Assembly (NCBI GenBank): GCA_043819795.1
Contig: JBDREN010000218.1
Location: 36,857 to 100,856, forward strand
Source of the DNA: Elusimicrobiota bacterium
Lineage (GTDB): Bacteria; Elusimicrobiota; Elusimicrobia; UBA1565
Length of the DNA: 64,000 bases
Direction: 5' to 3'
Shown: positions 36,691 to 47,929 of the stretch, one piece after another
Layout: each line of letters starts with the position of its first letter
Numbering within the stretch: the stretch's first letter is position 1
Position numbers and translations under genes: made by a program
Notes under the pieces: generated by a model
Seen by the model: the letters and a program-made list of their open reading frames with translations, nothing else
The model's database searches: none
What the model was told of the DNA's origin: nothing

Positions 36691-36888
36691 TCAGGCGTAT
36701 GGAAGCTGCTTTCGCATCTTCTCGCCGTCTTTGGCGTTCAGCACGGCGGGCTTTCTCTTGTGCCGGCCGTAGCCGCTGGCCCCGGGGGTGAGAAGATGGC
36801 GGAGACCCGCCTTCTTGTACTTCCACTTCCCCGAAGCGGTCCGCTTAAAGCGTTTCTTCGCTCCGCTGTGGCTCTTCAACTTCGGCAT
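36691..36888 (-). CDS. rpmI: 50S ribosomal protein L35
   Basis: MPKLKSHSGAKKRFKRTASGKWKYKKAG. Confidence 0.9.
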   Translation of the reverse strand: MPKLKSHSGAKKRFKRTASGKWKYKKAGLRHLLTPGASGYGRHKRKPAVLNAKDGEKMRKQLPYA

Positions 36889-36942
36889 ATTCAAATCCTC
36901 TTTTCGCGAGCGGACCCGCGCCGGCGCCCGGCCCGGAAGCGG

Positions 36943-37512
36943 CTATTTGCCCCCCGGCGTCTGCTTCGGGGACATGGTCATGATCAGACGGTTTCGGTCC
37001 TGGGAGGGCTTCTGCTCGACCGTCGCGATCTCCGCCAGGCGCTCTTGGACCCTTCGGAGCAGTTGATGCCCGATGTCCTTGTGCTGGTTCTGGCGGCCCC
37101 GGAAGAGCACCGTGAAGCGTACCTTGTCGTGGGCCTTCAGGAACTCCTCGGCGTGCTTGATCTTGACGTCGAGGTCGTGCTGGCCGATCACCGGGGAGAA
37201 GCGCACCTCTTTAAGGAGCCCCGCCTTCTGGTGCTTGCGAGATTCCCGCTGCCTCTTGTCCTGCTCGTACTTGAACTTCGAATAGAGCAGCAGCTTGCAG
37301 ACCGGCGGGGTCGCCTTGGGAGCGACCTCGACGAGGTCGAGGCTCTTCGTGCGGGCGAGGGCGAGCGCTTCGCCCAGCGGCTTGACGCCCAGCTGCGTCC
37401 CGTCGGCATCGATCAAGCGCACGTTCTGAGCCCGGATCTGCTCGTTTTTCCGGGTCAGGTCCTTAGGAATCTGGGGGATAAATCCCCTGCCGCCTCTGCG
37501 TGGATATGGCAT
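36943..37512 (-). CDS. infC: translation initiation factor IF-3
   Basis: IRAQNVRLIDADGTQLGV ... DLVEVAPKATPPVCKLL ... KEVRFSPVIGQHDLDVK. Part of the infC-rpmI-rplT-pheST arrangement. Confidence 0.9.
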   Translation of the reverse strand: MPYPRRGGRGFIPQIPKDLTRKNEQIRAQNVRLIDADGTQLGVKPLGEALALARTKSLDLVEVAPKATPPVCKLLLYSKFKYEQDKRQRESRKHQKAGLLKEVRFSPVIGQHDLDVKIKHAEEFLKAHDKVRFTVLFRGRQNQHKDIGHQLLRRVQERLAEIATVEQKPSQDRNRLIMTMSPKQTPGGK

Positions 37513-37613
37513 CGGACCAAAAATATAACAACTTCCGACGGGCCCGTCAATAGGGAGCGGGCTTCCGCTCCGGTAGGCCTGCGCCGAATTCGGCCCGTCC
37601 CGAGCGAGCGCCG

Positions 37614-39194
37614 TTACTCGGACGCGCTCCTGGGCTTGGCTCGCCTCTCGAGCCCCAGGGACTTCAGGACCCTCTCCAGGAACGCCCGCTTATTGAACGG
37701 CTTCACGAGATAGTCCTCGGCGCCCTTGCGGACCGCCTGGCGCGCCGACTCCTGATCGCCGCTCAGGACCAGCACGGGGGGGCGCTTCTCCTTGGGCAGG
37801 CGCTGGAGCCGGTCGAGGACGTCGAGGCCGCTCATGTCGGGGAGCATGATGTCCAGAACGAGCAGGTCGAAGCGCCGCTGCGAGACGAGCTCGAGGGCCT
37901 CCTGGCCCGCGGCGGCCGTCGTGAGCTGAAGATTTTCGGAGAAGCCGGCGAGGAAGAGCCGGACGATCTCGACGATGTCGATATTATTTTCGGCGATGAG
38001 GACGCGCTTCTTGTCCACGCGCCGCTGCTGCTCGACGATCATGTGCGGCGTATGGGGCTCCGAAAGCGGCAGGGCCACCGTGGCCGTCGTTCCCCTGTCC
38101 TTGCCCTGCGACTCGAGCCAGATCCTGCCGCCGTGGAGCTCCACGATCTGCCGAGTGAGGGCGAGGCCGAGCCCCAGGCCGGGTATCTCGCGAGTGAGAT
38201 CGCTGTCGGTGTGGAAGAAGCCGTCGAAGATGTGGGACAGCGCCTCGGGCGGGATTCCCCGGCCTTCGTCCCGGACGCGCATCCAGGCCTCGCGCTTGCC
38301 GCGCGCCTCCAGGACCACGGACACGCGGGCGCCGTTGGGGCTGAACTTGACCGCGTTGCCCAGCAGGTTGCTGAAGACCTCCTTGAGCTGGTCCCGGTCG
38401 GCCAGCGCCCACAGCCGCCCTTTGGCGATGGAGTGCTCGATGCTGATCCCACGCCGGTCGTCCTCGGGCCAGCCGTCCAGGAGCTCCTCAAGGAAGGCGG
38501 ACAGGTCTATGGGGCGCAGCAGCACCTCCTGCGTGCCGAGGGTGGACTCCTTGTAGGTCAATAGGCCGTTGACCATGTCCAAGAGCCGCTCGCCTCGCTT
38601 CTGGACGGCTTGCAGAGCCTTGACCTGGGGCTCGGTGAGCGGGCCCAGGTCGCCGTCCTCGAGGGCCTTCGCGTAGCCGAGGATGACCGCCAGCGGGGTG
38701 CGCAGCTCGTGGCTCACGCTGGAGATGAACTGGTCTTTCATGCTGTTGAGCTGGCGCAGCTCCAGGTTCTCGTGCTGCAGCAGCTGCATCTCGATCGCGC
38801 GGCGCAACAGCTGGTCGAAGTCCGTCCGGCCGATGTCGTCGTGGACGACGTAGTCGACAGCCCCGCGCCGTATGGCCTCGACGGCGACCATCTCGTTGCC
38901 TCGCGCCGACATCATCACGACCGCGGTCTTCGGGTGCGTCTGGCGGACCTGCACGAGCAGCTTGATGCCGTCGGTATCGGGCAGGCGGTGGTCGATGAAC
39001 GCGACGTTGCAGGGGCGCTCCTGCATGGCTTCGATCGCGGGCCCCGCTTCCGGGAAGGGCCGCACGTGCAGGTCCCAGCCGGGCGTCCCGCGCAGGCGCT
39101 CCTCCAGAAGGGACCGGTTGCCGCCCGCGCTGGCGACGATCAGGATGGAGAGTCTCTGGTTTGCGTCGGTCATTGTAAGGAAGGATTCTAACAC
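37614..39194 (-). CDS. hybrid sensor histidine kinase / response regulator (REC-HisKA-HATPase-REC)
   Basis: N-terminal receiver (ILIVASAGG...D). H-box SHELRTPL. N/G-box ATPase. C-terminal receiver with D in LVLDIMLPDMSG. Confidence 0.85.
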   Translation of the reverse strand: MLESFLTMTDANQRLSILIVASAGGNRSLLEERLRGTPGWDLHVRPFPEAGPAIEAMQERPCNVAFIDHRLPDTDGIKLLVQVRQTHPKTAVVMMSARGNEMVAVEAIRRGAVDYVVHDDIGRTDFDQLLRRAIEMQLLQHENLELRQLNSMKDQFISSVSHELRTPLAVILGYAKALEDGDLGPLTEPQVKALQAVQKRGERLLDMVNGLLTYKESTLGTQEVLLRPIDLSAFLEELLDGWPEDDRRGISIEHSIAKGRLWALADRDQLKEVFSNLLGNAVKFSPNGARVSVVLEARGKREAWMRVRDEGRGIPPEALSHIFDGFFHTDSDLTREIPGLGLGLALTRQIVELHGGRIWLESQGKDRGTTATVALPLSEPHTPHMIVEQQRRVDKKRVLIAENNIDIVEIVRLFLAGFSENLQLTTAAAGQEALELVSQRRFDLLVLDIMLPDMSGLDVLDRLQRLPKEKRPPVLVLSGDQESARQAVRKGAEDYLVKPFNKRAFLERVLKSLGLERRAKPRSASE

Positions 39195-39325
39195 TTTGCG
39201 CGGCGGCGGTGAAGCCAGCGCCGGAAGTCCCGACAGGGACCTTCCGGCGCTTACTCCTTTGAGTTATCGGGAATTGTCCGCCCGCCGAAGGCGGGCGAGG
39301 ATCCTTTGTGAAGCAGAGGTGTAAG

Positions 39326-39651
39326 CGCCGGTCGCGCGCAGCGCCAACCGGTCGCTTGCACCGCTGGGTTATAAAGGGAGTCCGCCCCACACCCCGACCC
39401 TCTCCCGCGGGGAGAGGGGGCACTCGGCCCCCTGAACAACGCGCAAGGCCTCCCCGCGGGGGAGGCCTGCGGGCATGCCAGCGCCGGTTGCGCGCAGCGC
39501 CAACCGGTCGCTTGCACCGCTGGGTTATAAAGGGAGTCCGCCCCACACACCCCGACCCTCTCCCGCGGGGAGAGGGAGCACTCGGCCCCCTGAACAAGGC
39601 GCAAGGCCTCCCCGTGGGGGAGGCCTGCGGGCATGCCTGCGGGCATGCCAG
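39326..39651. repeat. two tandem ~156-nt units of a GC-rich intergenic repeat. Each unit carries two 9-bp hairpins (CCCTCTCCC-GCG-GGGAGAGGG and GGCCTCCCC-GCG-GGGGAGGCC).
   Basis: Unit A 39326-39481, unit B 39482-39651, >90% identical. The spurious ORFs 39308..39712 are translations of this repeat. Confidence 0.8.
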
Positions 39652-39835
39652 TTGCTTTCCGGGGATGTTTAAGCTATCCTATGACCGTCGACGAAAAGTA
39701 AGTCGCGGCTGACTTTTCGCGGCTCCGGCGCCCGCCCCGGGTCAGGAAGGGGCGGTCTTGTTTTCCCGCGGCAGCGGGGTCCGGAGCCGAGTCCTCCTCG
39801 GGAATCTCGCGGGGAGGGGCGTGGCAAAGGGATTC

Positions 39836-40404
39836 ATGAGCGTGACGGCGTCCAGGCATCCGCGCATCGAGCGCGTCCTCTTCGAAGCGGATGCGATCCA
39901 TAAGCGGGTCTGCGAGCTGGGCCGGCGGATCACCGAGGACTATTCCGGCCGGCGGCCGGTGCTGATCGCCATCCTCAAGGGCAGCGTGATCTTCCTGGCG
40001 GACCTCATCCGCGAGATCCGGCTGGACTGCCCGGTGGATTTCATCGGCATGTCTTCGTACGCGGGCGACGTGGTGCCCACGGGGGTGGTCCGGATCGTGC
40101 TGGACCTTCGGGAGAGCGTGGAGGGCAAGGACGTGCTGGTCATCGAGGATATCGTGGACAGGGGGCTGACGATCAGCTACCTGCGGGAGAACCTGCTGAC
40201 GCGCGGCCCGCGCTCGATCGAGGTCTGCTCGCTGCTCGATAAACCGGATTGCCGCAAGGTCCCCATCCAGCCCAAGTACCGGGGCTTCGTGATCCCCGAC
40301 TTGTTCGTCATCGGCTACGGGCTGGACTACGAAGAACTGTACCGGAACCTCCCTTATATCGGGGTCTTGAAGCAGGATAAGGGCCCGGCGGACGGAGCGC
40401 GGGC

Positions 40405-40408
<4 letters not shown>
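39836..40408 (+). CDS. hpt: hypoxanthine-guanine phosphoribosyltransferase
   Basis: PRPP-binding VLVIEDIVDRGLTISYL. C-terminal YRNLPYIGVL. Confidence 0.85.
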
Positions 40409-42228
<1,820 letters not shown>

Positions 42229-42239
42229 CCGGCGACATC

Positions 42240-43136
42240 TTGGCTCCGATGACCCCTCTCCCGGCTCCCGCCCGGCCCGTCACGGCGCTGTCTTTGTCCG
42301 GCGATCGGGCGAAGAGGGGGCGCCCCCTGGTGATGGGGATCCTCAACGTCACACCCGACTCCTTCTACGGGGGCAGCCGGGTGCCTCGGATCGAGGACGC
42401 CGTCCGCCGGGCGCGGGAGATGGAGGAAGCGGGCGTCGACATCCTCGACGTCGGCGGCGAATCCACGCGGCCGGGCTCCGCTCCGGCCTCACCCGAAGAG
42501 GAGGCTCGGCGCGTGCTCCCGGTCGTCGAGTCCCTCGCGCGCGAGGCGCGTGTTCCCATCTCGATCGACACGAGCAAGCCCCTCGTGGCGGAGCGGGCGT
42601 TCGACGCCGGGGCGACCATACTAAACGACGTCCTCGCGATGCGTGGCGACTCCGAGATGCCGGCGGTGGCGGTCCGTTATCCGGTGGTCGTTCTCATGCA
42701 CATGCTCGGGCGGAGCCCGCGGACCATGCAGGCCGATCCCCGCTACAAGGACGTGGTCGGGGAGATATCGTCGTTCCTGCGCGGCCGCCTCGACGCCTTC
42801 ACGCGGGCCGGGGGGGACCCCGCCCGGGTCTGGCTCGATCCGGGCATCGGTTTCGGCAAGACGCTGGAACACAACATCGAGATCATGGCCAGGCTCGAGG
42901 AGTTCGCGAGCCTGGGGCGGCCGCTTCTCATAGGCGCTTCGCGCAAGTCGTTCATCGGGAGCATCCTCGGGCGTCCGGGGGAGCCCGCCCTCCCCGAGGC
43001 GCGGCTCGAGGGCTCCCTGGCCGCGGCCTGCCGCGCGGCCGAGGCGGGGGCCGTCTGCGTGCGCGTGCACGACGTCGCCGAGACTCTCCGGGCCCTGGAG
43101 GTGTGGGCCCGCATCGGCGGCGGTGGGGCCGGCTGA
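42240..43136 (+). CDS. folP: dihydropteroate synthase
   Basis: MGILNVTPDSFYGGS ... ILDVGGESTRPGS. Confidence 0.85.
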   Translation: MAPMTPLPAPARPVTALSLSGDRAKRGRPLVMGILNVTPDSFYGGSRVPRIEDAVRRAREMEEAGVDILDVGGESTRPGSAPASPEEEARRVLPVVESLAREARVPISIDTSKPLVAERAFDAGATILNDVLAMRGDSEMPAVAVRYPVVVLMHMLGRSPRTMQADPRYKDVVGEISSFLRGRLDAFTRAGGDPARVWLDPGIGFGKTLEHNIEIMARLEEFASLGRPLLIGASRKSFIGSILGRPGEPALPEARLEGSLAAACRAAEAGAVCVRVHDVAETLRALEVWARIGGGGAG

Positions 43137-43137
43137 G

Positions 43138-44571
43138 ATGGCGCTGTTCGGGACCGACGGCGTCCGAGGCATCCCCGGCGAGCCGCCCCTGACCGCGCGG
43201 GCCGTGCGGCGGCTCGGCCTGGCGACCGCCGCCGTGCTGCTCGAGCGCATCGGAGCGCGCCCGAAAGACGGATCCCGGCCGTTGATCCTCATGGGGCGGG
43301 ACACGCGGAGCTCGGGGCTCTCCGTCGGACGCTGGCTGGCCCGGGGCTTCGCCGAGGCGGGATGCCGCACGGTCGACCTCGGCGTCGTGCCGACGCCGGC
43401 CGTCGCCTACCTGACCCCCGGCCGCCGCGCTCTTTGCGGGACCGTGATCTCGGCGAGCCACAATCCTTCCGAGTTCAACGGCATCAAGTTCTTCACCGCC
43501 GACGGGCTGAAGGCGTCTCCGGAGCTCGAGGGCGCGATCGAATCCCGGCTTTCGGCGCGGGGCGGATGCCTTCCACGCTTGGGTCCCGCGGCCAAGGGGA
43601 CGCGGGGCGGCGCGGAGCGGGAGCCTTCGACGTCCGGGTACGGCGCGTCCCGCCGGGACGCGGGCGCCGTGCGCGACTACGTCGACTTCCTGCGCAGCAC
43701 TTTTCCTCCCTCGCTGGACCTCTCGGGCTTGCGGATCGTGTTCGACGGCTCCAACGGCGCGGCCGCCCGCATCGGCCCCGAGCTCCTGAGCGGACTGGGA
43801 GCGGAGGTCGTCAAGGTCGGGTGCTCCCCGGACGGGACCAACATCAACACCGGGTGCGGGGCCCTGGCGACCGCGAGGATGCAGCGGGAGGTCGTGCGTC
43901 GGCGGGCGCATTGCGGCATCTCGGTCGACGGCGACGCGGACCGCGCTCTCCTCGCCGACGAGCGGGGGCGTTTGCTCGACGGAGACGCCCTGATCGCGCT
44001 TTCAGCGCTGCACCTGCGCGGGAAAGGGCTGCTGCGCGGCGACAAGGTGGTGCTCACGGTGATGTCCAACCTCGGGCTCGTCCGCTTTCTCGCAAGCCGG
44101 GGGATCGGGACCGTGCAGGTCCCCGTCGGGGACCGCAACGTGACGCGGGCGCTGGAAGCCGAGGGGCTGGTCCTCGGCGGGGAGAACTCGGGGCATATCG
44201 TCTTCCGGCGCCTCATCCCCACGGGGGACGGGCTGCTGACCTCCCTGCAGACGCTGGCCGCCTGGATCGAGACGGGAGGGCCGCTCAGCCGCGTCCGCTC
44301 TCTTTACCGGAGCTACCCCCAGATACTGAGGAACGTGCGGGTCGAGCGCAGGGCGCCGCTGGAGAAGCTCGCCGGTTTTCAGCGCGCTCTGCGCGAAGTC
44401 CGTCGAAGGTTGGAGCGGTCGGGCCGCGTTTTCGTAAGATATTCAGGGACGGAGCCCGTCCTCCGCATCCTGGTGGAAGGAGCGGACGGCGCCCTGACCC
44501 GGACGGTCTCCCGGGGGCTGGTCCGGACGTTCCGTCAGGAAGTCGAAATGTGGAGCAAAAAAAAGGAGTGA
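43138..44571 (+). CDS. glmM: phosphoglucosamine mutase
   Basis: FGTDGVRG. Active-site ISASHNPSEFNGIKFF. Carries one copy of the 37-nt intragenic element (43569-43605). Confidence 0.9.
   Translation: MALFGTDGVRGIPGEPPLTARAVRRLGLATAAVLLERIGARPKDGSRPLILMGRDTRSSGLSVGRWLARGFAEAGCRTVDLGVVPTPAVAYLTPGRRALCGTVISASHNPSEFNGIKFFTADGLKASPELEGAIESRLSARGGCLPRLGPAAKGTRGGAEREPSTSGYGASRRDAGAVRDYVDFLRSTFPPSLDLSGLRIVFDGSNGAAARIGPELLSGLGAEVVKVGCSPDGTNINTGCGALATARMQREVVRRRAHCGISVDGDADRALLADERGRLLDGDALIALSALHLRGKGLLRGDKVVLTVMSNLGLVRFLASRGIGTVQVPVGDRNVTRALEAEGLVLGGENSGHIVFRRLIPTGDGLLTSLQTLAAWIETGGPLSRVRSLYRSYPQILRNVRVERRAPLEKLAGFQRALREVRRRLERSGRVFVRYSGTEPVLRILVEGADGALTRTVSRGLVRTFRQEVEMWSKKKE
43569..43605 (+). mobile_element. 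37-nt GC-rich palindromic intragenic element, copy 1 (in glmM, read as LPRLGPAAKGTR)
   Basis: CCTTCCACGCTTGGGTCCCGCGGCCAAGGGGACGCGG. Contains inverted repeats CCCGCG...CGCGGG and GTCCC...GGGAC. Confidence 0.7.
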
Positions 44572-44575
44572 GCCC

Positions 44576-45304
44576 ATGCCCGTCAAGCTTGGAGTGAACA
44601 TCGATCATGTGGCGACCCTGCGCGGGGCTCGCCGCGAGGTGGACCCCGACCCGATCGTCGCCGCCCGCGTGGCGCGGACGTCCGGCGCGGACTTCATCGT
44701 GGCGCACCTGCGAAAGGATCGCCGGCACGTCGAGGAGAAGGACCTCTTCGCCCTGCGCAAGATGATGAAGTCGGGCCTCCACCTGGAGCTGGCCGACGTC
44801 CCGGGGATGATCAAGATCGGGCTCAAGGTCAAGCCGGACTGGGTCTGCATCGTCCCGGAGAGCCGCGACGAGATCACGACTCGAGGCGGGCTCGACCTGC
44901 GGCCCGGCAAAGCGAGCGCTCTCGAGAATACGGTCAAGCGCCTCAAGAGGGCGGGTATCGGCGTGAGCCTGTTCGTCGACCCCGAGGCGGTCAGCGTCCG
45001 GATGGCGCACAATCTGGGGGCCGACGCCGTCGAGCTCTGCACGGCCGCGTACGCGAGGGCGGTCGGCAAACACCGCCAGCTTGCCGAGCTCGAGAAGCTC
45101 GAGCTGGCCGGCTATCTGTGCCGCGAGCTCAAGCTGGATCTGCACGCCGGCCAGGGCCTCGACTACGCGAATGTCATGTCCGTCGCGCGGATCCCTCACA
45201 TGCGGCGCCTCAGCATCGGCTTCTCGATCGTCGCGCGCTCGGTGTTCACCGGTCTCCGGAGCGCCGTGGCGGAGATGAAAAAGCTGGTGGTGGCGGTCCG
45301 CTAG
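44576..45304 (+). CDS. pdxJ: pyridoxine 5'-phosphate synthase
   Basis: LGVNIDHVATLRGARRE..DPDP ... AHLRKDRRHV. Confidence 0.9.
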   Translation: MPVKLGVNIDHVATLRGARREVDPDPIVAARVARTSGADFIVAHLRKDRRHVEEKDLFALRKMMKSGLHLELADVPGMIKIGLKVKPDWVCIVPESRDEITTRGGLDLRPGKASALENTVKRLKRAGIGVSLFVDPEAVSVRMAHNLGADAVELCTAAYARAVGKHRQLAELEKLELAGYLCRELKLDLHAGQGLDYANVMSVARIPHMRRLSIGFSIVARSVFTGLRSAVAEMKKLVVAVR

Positions 45305-45362
45305 ATGCGCGGGGGACGGGTGAAGCGGCAGAGCGCAGCCCGTACTGAGGCCTCTGCCCTTC

Positions 45363-45570
45363 GGAAACGGCCGAAGCGACGGCTCGCCCCCCGGACGGAA
45401 GCACCCCGGGGGAAACGGCCGAAACGGCAGCATGCCCCCCGAACGAGAGCGCCCCGGGGGAAACGGCCGAAACGACAACATGCCCCCCAAACAGAGACAC
45501 CCCTGCGCGGGAAACGGCGACAACGGCAACGCGCCCCCCGAACGGAAGCACCCCCCCGCGGGGGGGGCGC
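45363..45570. repeat. tandem array, about 4 copies of a ~48-nt unit (GGAAACGGCCGAAACG...CCCCCCGAACG...CACCCCGGGG)
   Basis: Unit starts at 45363, 45411, 45458 and 45509. Intergenic, between pdxJ and acpS. Confidence 0.75.
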
Positions 45571-45574
45571 TGGC

Positions 45575-45922
45575 ATGGGCGTCGGTATGGGACTCGACGT
45601 CGTGGAGATCGAACGCATCTCCTCGGTGGCGACGCGCAATCCCCGCTTCCTGGGGCGCGTCTTCTCGGCGGAGGAGCTGCGGTACTGCCGGGGGAAGAGG
45701 AATAAGTGGCAGCACTTCGCCGTCCGCTTCGCGGCGAAGGAGGCCGTCTGGAAGGCGGTCGGCCGCGAGGGCCTGCGGTTGCGGGACATCTCGATCCGGC
45801 GCAGCCCCCTCGGCCGCCCGAGCGTCTTGCTGGAGGGACGTCTCGCGCCGGACATACAGATATCCCTCTCTCACAGCGCCCGGTACGCGATGGCCGTCGC
45901 GCTCTATCTGAGGCGGACGTGA
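45575..45922 (+). CDS. acpS: holo-[acyl-carrier-protein] synthase
   Basis: MGLDVVEIERI ... FAAKEAVWKA. The track ORF start 45305 runs through the tandem repeat and is not real. Confidence 0.8.
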   Translation: MGVGMGLDVVEIERISSVATRNPRFLGRVFSAEELRYCRGKRNKWQHFAVRFAAKEAVWKAVGREGLRLRDISIRRSPLGRPSVLLEGRLAPDIQISLSHSARYAMAVALYLRRT

Positions 45923-46929
45923 AGCACTTCTCGCTTAAGAGCCTCAGGCGGTGGCTGCCGCCGCGGCCGCGCGAGGCGCACAAGGGTGACTTCGGCCACG
46001 TGCTCATCATCGCCGGCTCGCGCGGCATGACGGGCGCGGCCGTGCTCGCGGCCCGCGGGGCGCTCCGGTCCGGGTGCGGCCTCGCGACGGTGGCTGTTCC
46101 GGAGAGCCAGCAGCCCGTGGTCGCCGGCCACCTGGCCGAGGCGATGACGCTGCCGCTCCCCGAGACCACCGGCGGGGCGATCCGGGCCGACGCCGTAGGG
46201 CGGCTGTTGGCCTCGCATCAGAAGCGGGACTACACGGTTCTGGCGATCGGCCCCGGCCTCGGCACGGGATCGGAGACCGCGCGCGCGGTCGTCGGCGCCC
46301 TCGGCAGCCTCAGGATCCCGGCCGTGATCGACGCCGACGCGATCAACATCCTGGCCCTGAACTCGCGCGGCGCGGTCCGGACGCTGCTCGAGCGCCGCGG
46401 GGCCCCGTACATCTTCACCCCCCATCCCGGGGAGATATCCCGCTTGTTGCGCTCGAAGACGGCCTCGGTGATGGCGGATCGGGAGGCGGCCGCGCGCCTG
46501 CTCTGCAGCGAGCTCGGCGGGGTGTGCCTCCTCAAGGGTCGGGGCAGCCTCGTCACCGACGGCCGGCGTCTCTGGCGCAACCCGACCGGCAACCCGGGCC
46601 TGGCGAAGGGAGGCTCCGGAGACGCCTTGACCGGCATCGTCACGGGCATCTGGAGCCAGCGTCTGCTGATGCCTTCCACGCCTGGGTCCCGCGGCCAAGG
46701 GGACGCGGAACTGATGTCCGGGAACGCCCCGGGACCCGGCCGTCCGGACCAGGTCCGGCGCTCGGAGCCCGCCTTCCTCACCGACGACGGGTTTGAAGCG
46801 GCCGCGCTCGGCGCCTACCTGCACGGATTCTCCGCCGACCGCGCCGCGAAGGATAAGACCACCCGCGCGCTGCTGGCCTCCGACGTGATCGAGGCGCTCC
46901 CGGCGGCTTTCATCAAGCTGGGGGGATAG
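45919..46929 (+). CDS. nnrD: NAD(P)H-hydrate dehydratase (YjeF C-terminal domain / carbohydrate-kinase fold)
   Basis: GHVLIIAGSRGMTGAAVLAARGALRSGCGL ... GGSGDALTG. GTGA overlap with acpS. Carries element copy 2. Confidence 0.75.
   Translation: MKHFSLKSLRRWLPPRPREAHKGDFGHVLIIAGSRGMTGAAVLAARGALRSGCGLATVAVPESQQPVVAGHLAEAMTLPLPETTGGAIRADAVGRLLASHQKRDYTVLAIGPGLGTGSETARAVVGALGSLRIPAVIDADAINILALNSRGAVRTLLERRGAPYIFTPHPGEISRLLRSKTASVMADREAAARLLCSELGGVCLLKGRGSLVTDGRRLWRNPTGNPGLAKGGSGDALTGIVTGIWSQRLLMPSTPGSRGQGDAELMSGNAPGPGRPDQVRRSEPAFLTDDGFEAAALGAYLHGFSADRAAKDKTTRALLASDVIEALPAAFIKLGG
46672..46708 (+). mobile_element. 37-nt intragenic element, copy 2 (in nnr, read as PSTPGSRGQGDA)
   Basis: CCTTCCACGCCTGGGTCCCGCGGCCAAGGGGACGCGG. 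Confidence 0.7.
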
Positions 46930-47921
46930 TGGCCCTCGCCGACGGACCGACGATCTCCGAGGCCGGCGAGCGCGGGCTGCTGCGTCCGATCATGAAAGCC
47001 TTCCGGGCGCGTCGTGGCCGCGGGATATTGATCGGTCCCGGGGACGACGCCGCGGCGGTGCGCGTTCCGAAGGGCAAGGTCCTGGTGGTCAGCCAGGACG
47101 ATCTCGCGGAGTGTACCCATTTCGAGCGGGGCTGGGCCGATCCGCGCCGCGTCGCCGGCCGGCTTCTGGCGATCAACCTCAGCGACCTCGCCGCGATGGG
47201 GGACGTCCGTCCTTTGGGCTGCGTTATCTCGGCGGGCCTGCCGCCCGACCTGCCGAAGGCTTGGTTCGAACGGTTCCTGGCGGGAATGAGGCGCGCCTCG
47301 GACCGGCACGGCTGTCCGGTCCTGGGCGGTAATCTCTCCCGTTCCGTAAGGATTTTCCTCACTCTATGCGTGTTCGGCGCCGCGGCGCCCCGGCGCTTGG
47401 TCCGCCGGAGCGGAGCGCGGCCGGGGGACGTCCTCGCGGGCGTCGGACCTCTCGGAGAGGCGGCCGCCGGCTTGGATCTGGTGCGGGCGCGGACCGCGGT
47501 CCCCGCGTGGGGACGGGCCCTGGCGCGCCGGTTCTGGGAGCCCGAGCCTCGACTGGGCGCCGGCCGGGAGCTCGCCGGCGTCGCGACGAGCCTCATGGAC
47601 AATTCCGACGGGCTGGAGCGGTCCGCCGAGATCCTCGCGGCGGAATCCCGCGTGCGGCTGCGTCTTTCCCTCGAAGAGGCGCCGGCCTCGCGCGCCTTGC
47701 GGCGCTGGTGCCGCGAACGGAGGCGAGCGGTGCGCCCGCACCAGTATCAGTCCGGAGAGGATTATGGATTGGTCTTCACCGCGCCGCCGCGGGCTTGGAT
47801 GCGCATCCGGCGCCGCCTGCCCGGCGCCTATAAGCTCGGCGAGGTCCTCCGCGGCCGAGGGGTCCGCGCGGACGGGCTGGAACGTATCGGGCGTCTTGCG
47901 AGGTTCGAGCACTTCGCCTAG
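46929..47921 (+). CDS. thiL: thiamine-monophosphate kinase
   Basis: AIR-synthase-related fold (ILIGPGDDAAAVRVP, VVSQDDLAECTHFERGW, INLSDLAAMG). Confidence 0.75.
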   Translation: MALADGPTISEAGERGLLRPIMKAFRARRGRGILIGPGDDAAAVRVPKGKVLVVSQDDLAECTHFERGWADPRRVAGRLLAINLSDLAAMGDVRPLGCVISAGLPPDLPKAWFERFLAGMRRASDRHGCPVLGGNLSRSVRIFLTLCVFGAAAPRRLVRRSGARPGDVLAGVGPLGEAAAGLDLVRARTAVPAWGRALARRFWEPEPRLGAGRELAGVATSLMDNSDGLERSAEILAAESRVRLRLSLEEAPASRALRRWCRERRRAVRPHQYQSGEDYGLVFTAPPRAWMRIRRRLPGAYKLGEVLRGRGVRADGLERIGRLARFEHFA

Positions 47922-47929
47922 GCCACCTC

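Noticed and set aside
39308-39712. Small ORFs (134, 131, 65 aa) across the 39.3-kb region
   Set aside because: They are translations of the tandem GC repeat, repeated peptide RPSPAGRG in two ORFs. Non-coding repeat.
45305-45574. N-terminal KR/P-rich extension of acpS (track ORF 45305..45922)
   Set aside because: Produced by reading through the 48-nt tandem array. AcpS homology starts at 45575.
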